A stretch of 64,000 nt of DNA from Deltaproteobacteria bacterium (GCA_029261835.1 JAJDAO010000072.1:74841-138840), one strand, 5' to 3'; positions 10,558 to 19,750 are shown, counted from the first letter of the stretch. A program made the numbers and translations. Notes: generated by a model not told the origin, from the sequence alone.

Positions 10558-12281
10558 CGCCTGCCCTCCAGCAACGAGTCGCGCACGCGTCTGCGCACGA
10601 TCCTTTGCTGCTCGACAAGCGAGTCGGGCTCCTCTTTGCCGGGCTCCTCCCAGGGTTTGGCGAGCCCGAGGTCCTTGGCGATGATCTTGTAACAGTTATA
10701 TGCCTCGGTCGATCCGGCATTTGACCCCACGTGCCACGAGCCGCCGGTGGCGTAGAGCCGCTCGACGGGCGTGCGGTGGTTGGCCAGCTCCGGGGTGGGG
10801 CGATTCTCGGCGACCTGATGCGGCGGCCGGTCGACACCCGCCATGGTTCCGTTCGGTCCGAGGTTCTTCATGCGCGTGTGGTCGAAGGCGGTGTTGGTGT
10901 CGACGCCGATTACATTGTCCCATGTCATATTGGGCGCGTAGTCCTGCCAAATGGTGAGCAGCTCGTCCGCGTAGCGACGCTTGATTTCGAGCCACTGCCG
11001 CTCGCTATACGTCGTAGCTGGTGGACCAAGCTGCTCGTTCTGTACGACGTGCTTGCCCGGAGGCGCGAAGCTCGGGTCCACCAGACTGTGGCAGCCGACC
11101 GTGGGAGCGTAGTCCTCGAGCGGGGGGAACCTGCGAAGCTTCTGGTACAAGCACTCGCGGGAGATGTGGATCGGGTCGGGGTCGGGCTGCATGCCCAACC
11201 ACTGGCATTCGTGGATGTCCGGGTTGAAGGCCTCGGCCTTGTAGATCGGCGCCTGGTGGACAGCGAAGCTGTACCACATGAGACAGCCGAAGGTATCTTC
11301 CAGCAGTCGCACCCGCCTCTTCAACTGATCGCCGACGTGCTCCTCACCAATCAGATCGAATATGAGCTGGTGAGGTGAGAGCGTGCTCACGACCAGCTTT
11401 CGAGCTGCGATCTGGCTGCCGTCCGTCAACGTGATCCCGGTGGCGACACCGTTCTCGATGATCGCCTTGTCGACCTCGCTATTGGTGAAGAATTCGCACC
11501 CCATCTGCACCAGGAGCTGATGTGCAGCATGTGCGATCTGGTGGGTCCCGCCGCGGTTGAAGCCGATGGTGGGCAGAACCATGGCCATGCCCAGCAGACT
11601 CATGCCCAAGCCCGGCTCGTTGATGTCGATGACCGAGGAGACGGCGAACCGCAGGATGCAGGACTGAAGCTCTTGACTCTCGAACCACTCCCGCGAGGCG
11701 CGCAGCGTGCTCGCCTTCATCGTGAGGGAATCGGGGCCGAAGCCGGCTTCGATCAGCTTGGGGAACAGAGCGGCCTGTCGGGCGGCAACATCGGGTGTCG
11801 TCTGTTCTTCTACCGGGCGAAACAGCGTATCCGTGGTTACGCGCAACAGCTCTTCGCTCTGCGCGAGGTTCCAGAGGCGCCCCCAGGTGTCGGCGTCCCG
11901 CTGTGAGAAACGGGCGATCTCAGCGGCGGTTCTCTCCTGGGCGGGATCGTGCTTGCCACTGTAGATCGCCAGGCAGCTCTCGCTGTCCTTGAAGACGAAT
12001 CCGTCGCTGCAAGTGTGTTGCTCCCAGCGAGCACCGTAGTCCCAGAAATCGGGGAAATCGCGCCACACAGGCGCGTAGTACCAGGGCAGGATGATGTTGG
12101 CGTGCGTGTTGCCGCGAAACCCGGGCGCCGAGATTTCTTCCGTGGCGAGACAGCCCCCAATCTCGTGCCGCCGCTCGAATACGCCGACGCGCATTCCGCC
12201 GTATTTGACGAGGTACAGGGCGAGCAGGAGAGCCTTGTTCCCGCCGCCGACAATCACGGCATCGAACGTCTTGTCAGCCAT
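10554..12281 (-). CDS. NAD(P)/FAD-dependent oxidoreductase, COG1233 family, divergent paralogue 4
   Basis: ORF 10554..12749 trimmed to ATG 12281 (GAGGTG upstream). Begins MADKTFDAVIVGGGNKALLLALYLVKYGGMRVGVFERR; the 156 aa upstream are low-complexity. Confidence 0.85.
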   Translation of the reverse strand: MADKTFDAVIVGGGNKALLLALYLVKYGGMRVGVFERRHEIGGCLATEEISAPGFRGNTHANIILPWYYAPVWRDFPDFWDYGARWEQHTCSDGFVFKDSESCLAIYSGKHDPAQERTAAEIARFSQRDADTWGRLWNLAQSEELLRVTTDTLFRPVEEQTTPDVAARQAALFPKLIEAGFGPDSLTMKASTLRASREWFESQELQSCILRFAVSSVIDINEPGLGMSLLGMAMVLPTIGFNRGGTHQIAHAAHQLLVQMGCEFFTNSEVDKAIIENGVATGITLTDGSQIAARKLVVSTLSPHQLIFDLIGEEHVGDQLKRRVRLLEDTFGCLMWYSFAVHQAPIYKAEAFNPDIHECQWLGMQPDPDPIHISRECLYQKLRRFPPLEDYAPTVGCHSLVDPSFAPPGKHVVQNEQLGPPATTYSERQWLEIKRRYADELLTIWQDYAPNMTWDNVIGVDTNTAFDHTRMKNLGPNGTMAGVDRPPHQVAENRPTPELANHRTPVERLYATGGSWHVGSNAGSTEAYNCYKIIAKDLGLAKPWEEPGKEEPDSLVEQQRIVRRRVRDSLLEGRR

Positions 12282-12415
12282 TGCGACACCTCGCCCGGGC
12301 GGATTCGCAACCCGCCCGAGCCCGAGAGTCGAACCTGCGCGACCGTGGGACCCGTCGGCCGACAAGGAGCGCCCCGAGCTGGAGCGAAACCGACCGACAC
12401 CGCGATGGTAGCTGG

Positions 12416-12427
12416 CGAAAGCTTTCG
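12416..12427. promoter_or_regulatory. perfect 12-bp palindrome CGAAAGCTTTCG in the divergent intergenic region (candidate MarR operator)
   Basis: Read directly; lies between the COG1233 operon start (12281) and the MarR gene, next to a locally AT-rich stretch. Confidence 0.3.
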
Positions 12428-12537
12428 GGCAAGCTAAATTGTTGTTCTGTGGCTTTTTTCGCTGCCTCCAGCTAGGCGTCTGGGGGATCGGCGCAACCGG
12501 CCCGATCGGTGCGGTGCGTGGTAATGGTTGCGTGTTA

Positions 12538-13098
12538 ATGGTATTGACGATGGCGAAGCAGCAGCGCAGCTCGACGATGAGCCGGCCGGACGAGCCGGGG
12601 ATGGACTGGATCGACGAGCTCTCGGAAGCATGGGCTCGCGAGTACCCGGACGTCGACACCTCGACGCTGCCACCGATGCTGAGGCTGGTCCGACTGGGCG
12701 TGCTGATGACCACGTTCCAGCAGGAGACGCTCGAGCCCTTCCAACTCACACCGAGCGACTACGCCGTGCTATCGACACTGCGCCGCATGGGCCCGCCGTA
12801 CGAGCTCTCGCCGAGCGAGCTCTACACGGCACTCGAGCGATCCTCGGGCGGCATGACGAAGATGCTCAAGCGCCTCGAGCAGCTCGGCCTCGTGGAGCGC
12901 GCGCCCCACCCCGAAGATGGACGCGCCACGCTCGTCGCCCTCACGCCAGCAGGTGTCGAGCTGCAGGAGCAGATCTTCAAGGTCTTCCTGTCACATACGG
13001 AAGACCTCCTCAAGTCGATCTCACCCGCCAAGCTCCAGGAGATCGACGCCTCGCTGCGATCTCTGCTCGATGCGATCGAGAGCCACTTCTACCGATAG
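12538..13098 (+). CDS. MarR-family transcriptional regulator
   Basis: Winged-helix region LTPSDYAVLSTLRRMGPPYELSPSELYTALERSSGGMTKMLKRLEQLGLVERAPHPEDGRATLVALTPAG. Start ambiguous (ATG 12538, 12550 or 12577). Confidence 0.85.
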   Translation: MVLTMAKQQRSSTMSRPDEPGMDWIDELSEAWAREYPDVDTSTLPPMLRLVRLGVLMTTFQQETLEPFQLTPSDYAVLSTLRRMGPPYELSPSELYTALERSSGGMTKMLKRLEQLGLVERAPHPEDGRATLVALTPAGVELQEQIFKVFLSHTEDLLKSISPAKLQEIDASLRSLLDAIESHFYR

Positions 13099-13107
13099 CT
13101 CCCTGTC

Positions 13108-14088
13108 TCAGACCGAAGCAGGAGCAAGCTCGAAGCGCTTCCCCACCAGCTCCTCCGAAAGTGCCCACAGCTCCTTGGCTGTCTGCGAATCGAAAGCGTG
13201 CGGAGCGTATCCCGAGCCCACAGCCTCGCCGCCAGCCGGCTCGGCGATGCCGCAGTCTTCGAGGTAGAGCCCACCTCGATGCGCGAGCTCTGGCGCAGAC
13301 GCCGCCCAGACGGACGTAGCGGCTCCGGCTTCGATCGTCTTGAATCGCAGCGGCGCCGCATCCGGAGACATCTCCATCATGCTCTTGATATCGTCGGGCG
13401 TCAGGTCTCGCGCGAGCTCGGTCATGATGACGCCTGGATGCACCGCATTCGCCACGACACCATGCGCCTGGAGTCTCTCGTTCAGCTCGTGCGCGAACAG
13501 CACATTGGCGGTTTTCGACTGCGCGTACGCGAGCCATTTGTCATAGCTTCGTCGCTCGAAGTGGATGTCGTCGAGATCCACGGGGGACAGCAGGTGGGCG
13601 GCCGAGCTGACGACAACGATACGCGAAGGCGCACCGGCGAGCAGCGCGGGCACGAGCAAACCCGTGAGCAGGAAATGCCCCAGATGATTCGTGGCGAACT
13701 GGAGCTCCCAGCCCTGCTCCGTTCGCGCCAGGGGGCAGGCCATGATTCCCGCGTTGTTCACCAGAATGTGCAGATCGCGACCGGATTCTTTGAAGCGTGC
13801 CGCGAAGCTGTGAACACTCCGCAAGCAGGTGAGGTCCAGCTCCGCCACCTCGACCGAGCCGTCGTCCACCTGTGACTGGATCAGCTCCACAACCGCTGCG
13901 GCCTTGGCCAGATCTCGCGCCGCCAGTGTGACGCGAGCGCCCTTCCCAGCCAGCGCCCGGGCGGTCTCAGCCCCGAGACCGCCTGAGGCTCCGGTGACGA
14001 TGGCGTTGCGACCCGTGAGATCGATACCCTTCAACACGTCCGAGGTCGTGGTCTCGGGGCCGAATCGCGAAACGGTGGCTGCGGACAT
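13108..14088 (-). CDS. SDR-family oxidoreductase
   Basis: 326 aa. TGASGGLGAETARALAGKGARV Rossmann motif; NNAG; YAQSK catalytic motif. Confidence 0.9.
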   Translation of the reverse strand: MSAATVSRFGPETTTSDVLKGIDLTGRNAIVTGASGGLGAETARALAGKGARVTLAARDLAKAAAVVELIQSQVDDGSVEVAELDLTCLRSVHSFAARFKESGRDLHILVNNAGIMACPLARTEQGWELQFATNHLGHFLLTGLLVPALLAGAPSRIVVVSSAAHLLSPVDLDDIHFERRSYDKWLAYAQSKTANVLFAHELNERLQAHGVVANAVHPGVIMTELARDLTPDDIKSMMEMSPDAAPLRFKTIEAGAATSVWAASAPELAHRGGLYLEDCGIAEPAGGEAVGSGYAPHAFDSQTAKELWALSEELVGKRFELAPASV

Positions 14089-14200
14089 GACACTCCCCCC
14101 TCGCGGCGCAGGTTAGCCTCGAGCGGCAGATGCTGGGAACCGAATCGGCGAGAATGACCTGGCGACGAGCGGGCTGCACGAGACGAAGGAGCAATGGGAC

Positions 14201-15235
14201 ATGAGAAGGGTCACCATCCACGCCCCGAACGATGTGCGGAAGGTCGAAGCGACGAAGCCTCTGCCGGGTCCCAAAGATGCTGTCATCAAGGTAGAGGCCT
14301 GCGGAATCTGCGGCAGCGACCTCGGCTACGTCGCGATGGGCGGGCTGCCCCTGGCCGACAGCGGACCCATGCCATTGGGGCACGAGCTGGCCGGCACGGT
14401 TGATTCGGTCGGGCAAGCGGTCGACGCCGTGAAGCCGGGTGAACGGGTGGTCGTCAACCCGGAGGCGGCCGGCAACCGGATCGGAAACGGCGGGACGCAG
14501 GGGGGCTTCGCTCCCTACCTGCTCGTCCGCAACGTGACCGAGGACGAGTGCCTCTACACGCTGCCGGACACTCTCAGCTTCGAACAGGGCGCCCTCGTCG
14601 AGCCGCTGGCGGTCTCGATGCATGCGGTGAACCAGTGCGAGCTGCGTCCCGACGACAGGGTTGTGATCTTCGGCGCCGGCCCGATCGGGTTGGGGATCAT
14701 CGTCTGTATGCGATATCGCGGCGTGAGGAACATTGTCGCGGTGGACTACTCTCGGAAGCGATTGGCGATCGCGGCGGAATTGGGGGCCGACGCGGTGCTC
14801 GATCTGACCGACGGCGAGCCCTGGGACGATATCCGAGCGGCACACGGTCAGGAGTTGGCGCTGGGCTTCATCCCCGTGGTGGGCAGCGACGTATTCATCG
14901 ATGCATCCGGGGCAGCGACTGTCGTGCGGGGCGTCGTCGACAACGCGAAATTCGGCGCACGGCTGGTCGTCGTAGGCGTTCACAAGACCGAGACATCACT
15001 GCATTTCCTGCAGGTCATGATGAAGGAGCTGACCATCAGGGGCTCCATGGCATATCCGAACGAGTTTCAGTCGGTCATTGACATGCTCTCCTCGGGCGAT
15101 GTCGACCCCTCACCGATCGTCACGCACCGATTCGACTACGACGACTTCGAAGCCGCACTCGAAACCGCGAAACAGTCCGACAAGGCCGGCAAGGTGATGG
15201 TCAACCTCGCCGGCGAGCATGCGGACGGACCATGA
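14201..15235 (+). CDS. zinc-dependent alcohol dehydrogenase (MDR family)
   Basis: 344 aa. EACGICGSDL zinc motif; GAGPIGLG NAD-binding motif; AAGGAG SD upstream. Confidence 0.9.
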   Translation: MRRVTIHAPNDVRKVEATKPLPGPKDAVIKVEACGICGSDLGYVAMGGLPLADSGPMPLGHELAGTVDSVGQAVDAVKPGERVVVNPEAAGNRIGNGGTQGGFAPYLLVRNVTEDECLYTLPDTLSFEQGALVEPLAVSMHAVNQCELRPDDRVVIFGAGPIGLGIIVCMRYRGVRNIVAVDYSRKRLAIAAELGADAVLDLTDGEPWDDIRAAHGQELALGFIPVVGSDVFIDASGAATVVRGVVDNAKFGARLVVVGVHKTETSLHFLQVMMKELTIRGSMAYPNEFQSVIDMLSSGDVDPSPIVTHRFDYDDFEAALETAKQSDKAGKVMVNLAGEHADGP

Positions 15236-15281
15236 GTTCAACGCATCGACGCCTCCACCCAAGCAGGAGCGAGAGAACGAG

Positions 15282-15677
15282 ATGAAGCTCTCACATGTCC
15301 TCACGGTCAAGATTCTTCTGACGACCTTTCTCTGGTGCCTTCCCCTGCTGACTTTCTCGCCCGAGATGTTCGCGCTATTCGGACTCCCGACCCCGCAGCC
15401 GATGGTATTCGCGCGACTGCTCGGCGCCGCCTATGCGGCCCTCCTCGTCGCCTACTACTTTGGGCTGCTCGAGGCTCGGCGCGGTGCTCGCCCTCTCACT
15501 GTGGTCTGGGTGGGTCTGACGAGCAATGGCCTTGCATCTGTCGTTCTCGCGCTTCATGGCATTGCGGGCAGCTGGGGCTCATGGCCGGTGCAGGGGCAGG
15601 CTTTCATGTGGCTCTCTCTCGCCGCCACATCGGGTATCACGCTCTCCCTGGCCTGGACCGGCTTGCGCCCAACATGA
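15282..15677 (+). CDS. small integral membrane protein, unknown function
   Basis: ORF 15219..15677 trimmed to ATG 15282 (AGGAG upstream). Four hydrophobic helices predicted by eye. Confidence 0.55.
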   Translation: MKLSHVLTVKILLTTFLWCLPLLTFSPEMFALFGLPTPQPMVFARLLGAAYAALLVAYYFGLLEARRGARPLTVVWVGLTSNGLASVVLALHGIAGSWGSWPVQGQAFMWLSLAATSGITLSLAWTGLRPT

Positions 15678-15686
15678 AGCTACGCC

Positions 15687-16511
15687 TCAGCGAATGTCCA
15701 TTTGGCGCAGCAGCAAGGCATCGCGCAGTCGCATCGGAAGGAAGCGATTGAGGGCCATGAAGAACCGGCTCTTGGCATCGATCGCATTGTGGCGCTTCAG
15801 GTTGGGCGACTGAACCACCCGGACGATCTCGGCCGCCGCAGTCGTCGCGTCCGGAGCGGTCTGGATGAGTTCCTCATCGCGGGCGATGAAGCGGCGCACT
15901 CGCTCTCGATAGGGAGAGCCATCGGGCGGCAGAACATGAATCTTGGCGGCAAAGCCGGTCGAGACCTGGGCCGGCTGAATCAGCGCGACCTGAATGCCGA
16001 ATGGCTCCACCTCGTAGCGCAGCGAGAGCACCATCCCCTCGACCGCGAACTTGCTGGCCGAGTAGAGGGATTCGAAGGGAAACGGGATCTGCCCCACGAG
16101 CGAAGAGACGGCAATCAGCCTGCCCGAACGCCTCTCGCGCATGGCGGGGATGAACGCTTGCAGGATCGCCGCCGTGCCGAGGACGTTGATCTCCAGACAG
16201 CGCTTGGCACGCTCCAGATCGAGCTCCTCGAAAGGGCCAAAGAAGCCGATCCCGACGTTCGAGAGCACGACGTCCACATGGCCGTACTTTCGCAGTACTT
16301 CGTCTCGAAACCGCAGGATGCTCGGGCGGTCGCAGATATCGAGCGTGGACAGGAGTGGGTCACACCCAGCCGCCTCGAGCTCGCGCCTGAGCAGCTCGAC
16401 TCCGGCCTCATCGACATCGAAGCCCGCCACGGAGACTCCCATCGCGCCGAGCTTCAGTGCCACCTCGCGGCCCATCCCCTGGGCGAGGCCCGTGATCACG
16501 ACCACTCGCAT
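15687..16511 (-). CDS. SDR-family oxidoreductase
   Basis: 274 aa. VVVITGLAQGMGREVALKL; YSASK motif. ATG overlaps the stop of the upstream gene (TGATG). Confidence 0.85.
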   Translation of the reverse strand: MRVVVITGLAQGMGREVALKLGAMGVSVAGFDVDEAGVELLRRELEAAGCDPLLSTLDICDRPSILRFRDEVLRKYGHVDVVLSNVGIGFFGPFEELDLERAKRCLEINVLGTAAILQAFIPAMRERRSGRLIAVSSLVGQIPFPFESLYSASKFAVEGMVLSLRYEVEPFGIQVALIQPAQVSTGFAAKIHVLPPDGSPYRERVRRFIARDEELIQTAPDATTAAAEIVRVVQSPNLKRHNAIDAKSRFFMALNRFLPMRLRDALLLRQMDIR

Positions 16512-17515
16512 CAGACGCTCCTTCTCTGCAGTGGGTCCCGCCGCCCCAGCTCTCGCATCGATTCCGCGAAGTCGGGGTGGATGAGCCGATAGCCGGCCTG
16601 CTTCAGCTTTCGGTTGTCGACCACGTAGTCGGCGTGCAGGTAGCGCAGCGCGTCGTATTCGAGATCCGGAATCCGCCCGCGCAGTCGCGCCAACACGCCG
16701 TCGACCCGCGCGATCAGCGCGAGAAGCGACAGCGGAAGATGTACTCTCGGCCGTCGACCACCGAACGCATCTGCCGCCAAGACCAGAGCCTCCTCCAGCG
16801 TCGGGTGGCTGTCGTCGGCGACATTGAAGGCCTGGCCCCGTGCTTGCTCCCGCTGAGACAGATGGATGGCCGCGCCGGCTACGTCTTCGACTCGCACATT
16901 CGAGAGCCGCTGTCGGCCGTCTCCCGGAATGGCCGCCAGCGAGCTCCTGCGTGAGAAGACCTTCCCCGCCCCATCCGTGTGGCCCGGGCCGTAGATCGTG
17001 CAGGGGCGAAGGATGACGGCCGGGAGCCCGCTGCGAATCGCGCGCCAGACGACGTCCTCACCATCTCGCTTGCTTCGCCCGTAGGCGTCGGAGGGCTCGC
17101 GGGGGGCGTCCTCGTCGAGCGATCTGCCCCGGCAGGGTCCGTAGACGCTGGTCGAACCCATGTAGATGAAGCAGCGGACTCCGGCAGAAAGGGCGCGTTC
17201 GGTGATGCGCGCGACGCCAGCGACATTCACGGGCTGCAGCACCGAATCGGGGCTCGAGAAATTGCAGATCGCGCCCAGATGAAAGACCGACTCCACCCGG
17301 CCGGCGAACAGGGGCGGCAATGTCTCCGGCTTCCTGAGGTCTGCGCGTACGAACTCGATCTCACCCGCCTCGTGCCGCATCCGCAAATCGTCGGCATCTT
17401 CCCAGGCGGGCGCGGTGGCGCGAATCCGCCCCCCCCTGCTGACGAGCTGCTCGATCAAGTGACCACCGAGGAAGCCGGCAGCACCCGTCACCAGGCTGAT
17501 TCCGTCGCTACGCAT
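16511..17515 (-). CDS. NAD-dependent epimerase/dehydratase family protein
   Basis: ORF 16511..17671 trimmed to ATG 17515. MRSDGISLVTGAAGFLGGHLIEQLVSRG. ATG overlaps the upstream stop (TGATG). Confidence 0.8.
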   Translation of the reverse strand: MRSDGISLVTGAAGFLGGHLIEQLVSRGGRIRATAPAWEDADDLRMRHEAGEIEFVRADLRKPETLPPLFAGRVESVFHLGAICNFSSPDSVLQPVNVAGVARITERALSAGVRCFIYMGSTSVYGPCRGRSLDEDAPREPSDAYGRSKRDGEDVVWRAIRSGLPAVILRPCTIYGPGHTDGAGKVFSRRSSLAAIPGDGRQRLSNVRVEDVAGAAIHLSQREQARGQAFNVADDSHPTLEEALVLAADAFGGRRPRVHLPLSLLALIARVDGVLARLRGRIPDLEYDALRYLHADYVVDNRKLKQAGYRLIHPDFAESMRELGRRDPLQRRSV

Positions 17516-18597
17516 CACAAGCGGCAGAGCTCCGCCGCGAGCTCGACGCGACGGGTCTGGCTGAATCCGACGGCAAAGGTCGGGATCCAGCACGAGTGTT
17601 TGCCGGCACCCCCCGCCACGAGCACTCTCAACAGCGCCGCTTCGCGAGCCAACGGAATCCTGCCGCGCCACTCGTCGAGCTGGTCCGCATAGCCACCCCA
17701 GGATGTGAGCTCGTCGAGCTTCTGCGCCGAAATCCGATCCAGCGGAACACGGGCGTGCTCGAATAGGTAGCCTTGCACGTCTTCGCGCGAGAAGCCCGAA
17801 TCGGCTACTGCCCGAGCGTGCTCCGGACCAAAGACCACGAAATGGTCGCCGCCGACATAGAGGTTGTTGTTGCCGACCGTAGCCATCGTCTGTGCCAGTG
17901 TGTTCAAGATCGACTCCCCGTCACAGGAGCCATGGTCATTGATATTGTGTGGCCCCTCGGCGGCCGCCACGGTGACGCAGGAGTCCTCGACCCCGAAGCC
18001 GAGCGTGGTGCGCAGAGCGGGCCACGGGCTCGCCTCTTCGTTCTCCGCAAAGCAGAAACCGAACTTGGCCGGGCTCCCCTGGGTCGCCTTGTCGGTCTCG
18101 CCCGCAATCGCCCCTCCGATATTCTGGAGCACGAGTCGCAGAGCACGGCCGATGCTCGCATTGGCCCGGTTACCCGGACCCATGCAGCCATGCCCGGCGT
18201 TCATGGCCAGCAAATCGGCGACCGGTCCATGTACGATTGCCAGCAGGCCACATGGATGGGTCGTGGTCTGCATTCCGATCAGGTTGAAGTCTCGCTCCTG
18301 AATCGCAGCGATCGCCGCTTCCAGCAGCGGCATGTGCTCGGGCAGGCAGCCGGCCATGACGGCGTTGGCGGCGACGCGCTGAAGCGTGGCGGTGCCATTG
18401 CGCGGCGACAGGTCACCCAAGCTCTCCATCGGGTAGTGACTCGCACCGTCGCACATGTCCTTTACGCGCCCTCGCGTCGGGATCACCACCGGCAGACCAT
18501 CCGTAAAGCCCCAGGCGTGCAGTTGCTCCAGCGCAGCAACATCATCGCCGTCGAACTCGATCTGCTCGGCCAACGGCGCGTCGTCTCGCCGACTCAC
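17515..18597 (-). CDS. conserved hypothetical protein (360 aa), partner of the UGSC selenoprotein
   Basis: Long GC3-biased ORF. GTG start overlaps the UGSC gene stop (GTGA). I recognise no family. Confidence 0.7.
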   Translation of the reverse strand: MSRRDDAPLAEQIEFDGDDVAALEQLHAWGFTDGLPVVIPTRGRVKDMCDGASHYPMESLGDLSPRNGTATLQRVAANAVMAGCLPEHMPLLEAAIAAIQERDFNLIGMQTTTHPCGLLAIVHGPVADLLAMNAGHGCMGPGNRANASIGRALRLVLQNIGGAIAGETDKATQGSPAKFGFCFAENEEASPWPALRTTLGFGVEDSCVTVAAAEGPHNINDHGSCDGESILNTLAQTMATVGNNNLYVGGDHFVVFGPEHARAVADSGFSREDVQGYLFEHARVPLDRISAQKLDELTSWGGYADQLDEWRGRIPLAREAALLRVLVAGGAGKHSCWIPTFAVGFSQTRRVELAAELCRL

Positions 18598-19130
18598 GAT
18601 TCGCCCCCACTCGACAACGCCGCGATCACGTCTTCGAGCACCTTGTCTGAAATCAGCGCAGCCGCCTGCTCGGGCGATATCCCGCCGACCGGATGTCGCA
18701 CCACGGCCAGCGGCAAAGCGCCGGCGTTGCGCTGCTCAAGCAACTGGCTGGCGAAATCCTGAAACGCATCGGTCACGAGGCCCACCACCGCACATCCCAT
18801 TCGCGCGAGCTCGATCTGGTCGTGGATACTCCACGACGTGCACGATCCTCAATCGTAGGCAGCCAACACCACGGCGTGACATGACTCGCCGCACTGACGG
18901 ATGAGTTCGGGTGCGGCCTCCAGAGAGGGAACGTCCTTCCGAAAGTGGCTCACCGTAACCCCAAAGCGCTCTCTCAGCCCCGCCGCGACCCGTTCCAGGA
19001 GCACGTCCGCGTTGGGCTTGTTGTTGCTGAAGAGTCCGATCTTCGCCCCCGCCAGACTCGTGAGCCGTTCGCCGAGCGTCTCGGGCGGAGGCGGACCGCT
19101 CGTGGGGTTGACGATCACGATTCTGCCCAT
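18594..19130 (-). CDS. UGSC-family selenoprotein; in-frame TGA at 18851-18849 read as Sec
   Basis: Track ORFs 18849..19130 and 18594..18800 are in the same frame (51 nt = 17 codons from the TGA to the second ATG). Read-through gives ...HAVVLAAYD-U-GSCTSWSIHDQIELARMGCAVVG..., containing the family-defining UGSC motif. GGGAGA SD precedes ATG 19130. Confidence 0.75.
18819..18837 (-). promoter_or_regulatory. candidate bacterial SECIS hairpin for the UGSC gene
   Basis: mRNA GUCGUGG-AGUAU-CCACGAC, a perfect 7-bp stem with a 5-nt loop, starting 11 nt after the UGA. An outer GAUC/GAUC pairing is possible. Confidence 0.55.
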
Positions 19131-19249
19131 CTTGTCTCCCTGACACGCCCGGATCTCGACCCGGCAGGTGGCTGAACACCGCTTGACGGTCCGCGATGCG
19201 ATGGATAAGATACTACAGATTCCAAATAATTTCGAAACTGTATATTTCT

Positions 19250-19277
19250 CTTCCGGAGATCAGGCTTCCGGAGATCA
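19250..19277. repeat. two direct copies of CTTCCGGAGATCA at 15-bp period (candidate operator)
   Basis: 19250-19262 and 19265-19277, each containing the palindrome TCCGGA. Sits in the AT-rich divergent region between the selenoprotein operon and the MarR gene, just downstream of a TATATT box (19241-19246). Confidence 0.4.
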
Positions 19278-19303
19278 AGCGGGACAGGGGATCGAAGCTG
19301 ACC

Positions 19304-19750
19304 ATGGCGAAGCGGCGCTCGGGTGCAAACGATCGGCAGGGCAAGGCTCTGATGGGCCTGATCCATCGCGTCACGGCGACCCACTCTGAGCGGCCGACTC
19401 TGGGACTCAACGTCCGTCAGCGCCTCATCATTCAGAGGCTCGGGCTCGAGGGAGAGCTCCATATGGCGGCCCTCGGACAGCAGCTCGGACTGACGCCCTC
19501 GGCAATGACTGGGCTCGTGGACCGCCTGGTGGCACAGGGCTTCGTGAGCCGCCTGCCGCATCCAAGTGATCGCCGAGCCACTCTTGTCAGCCTGAGCCGC
19601 AAGGGCGAGACCGCTTTTCTGCGCGAGGTCGATTTCTACCGCGTGCTGGTGGACGAAACCCTGGCGGCGATGGGCGACGGTGCCAGGCGCCAGGTATTGG
19701 ACGCCCTGACCGAACTCGGGCGCAACGCAGCGGCCGTGGATGCCGCCTGA
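19304..19750 (+). CDS. MarR-family transcriptional regulator
   Basis: ORF 19196..19750 trimmed to ATG 19304. LHMAALGQQLGLTPSAMTGLVDRLVAQGFVSRLPHPSDRRATLVSLSRKG. Confidence 0.85.
   Translation: MAKRRSGANDRQGKALMGLIHRVTATHSERPTLGLNVRQRLIIQRLGLEGELHMAALGQQLGLTPSAMTGLVDRLVAQGFVSRLPHPSDRRATLVSLSRKGETAFLREVDFYRVLVDETLAAMGDGARRQVLDALTELGRNAAAVDAA

Noticed and set aside
12282-12749. 156-aa N-terminal extension of ORF 10554..12749
   Set aside because: The extension has no FAD-fold and is S/R/G-rich. The canonical GxGxxG motif begins right after ATG 12281, which has its own SD-like GAGGTG.
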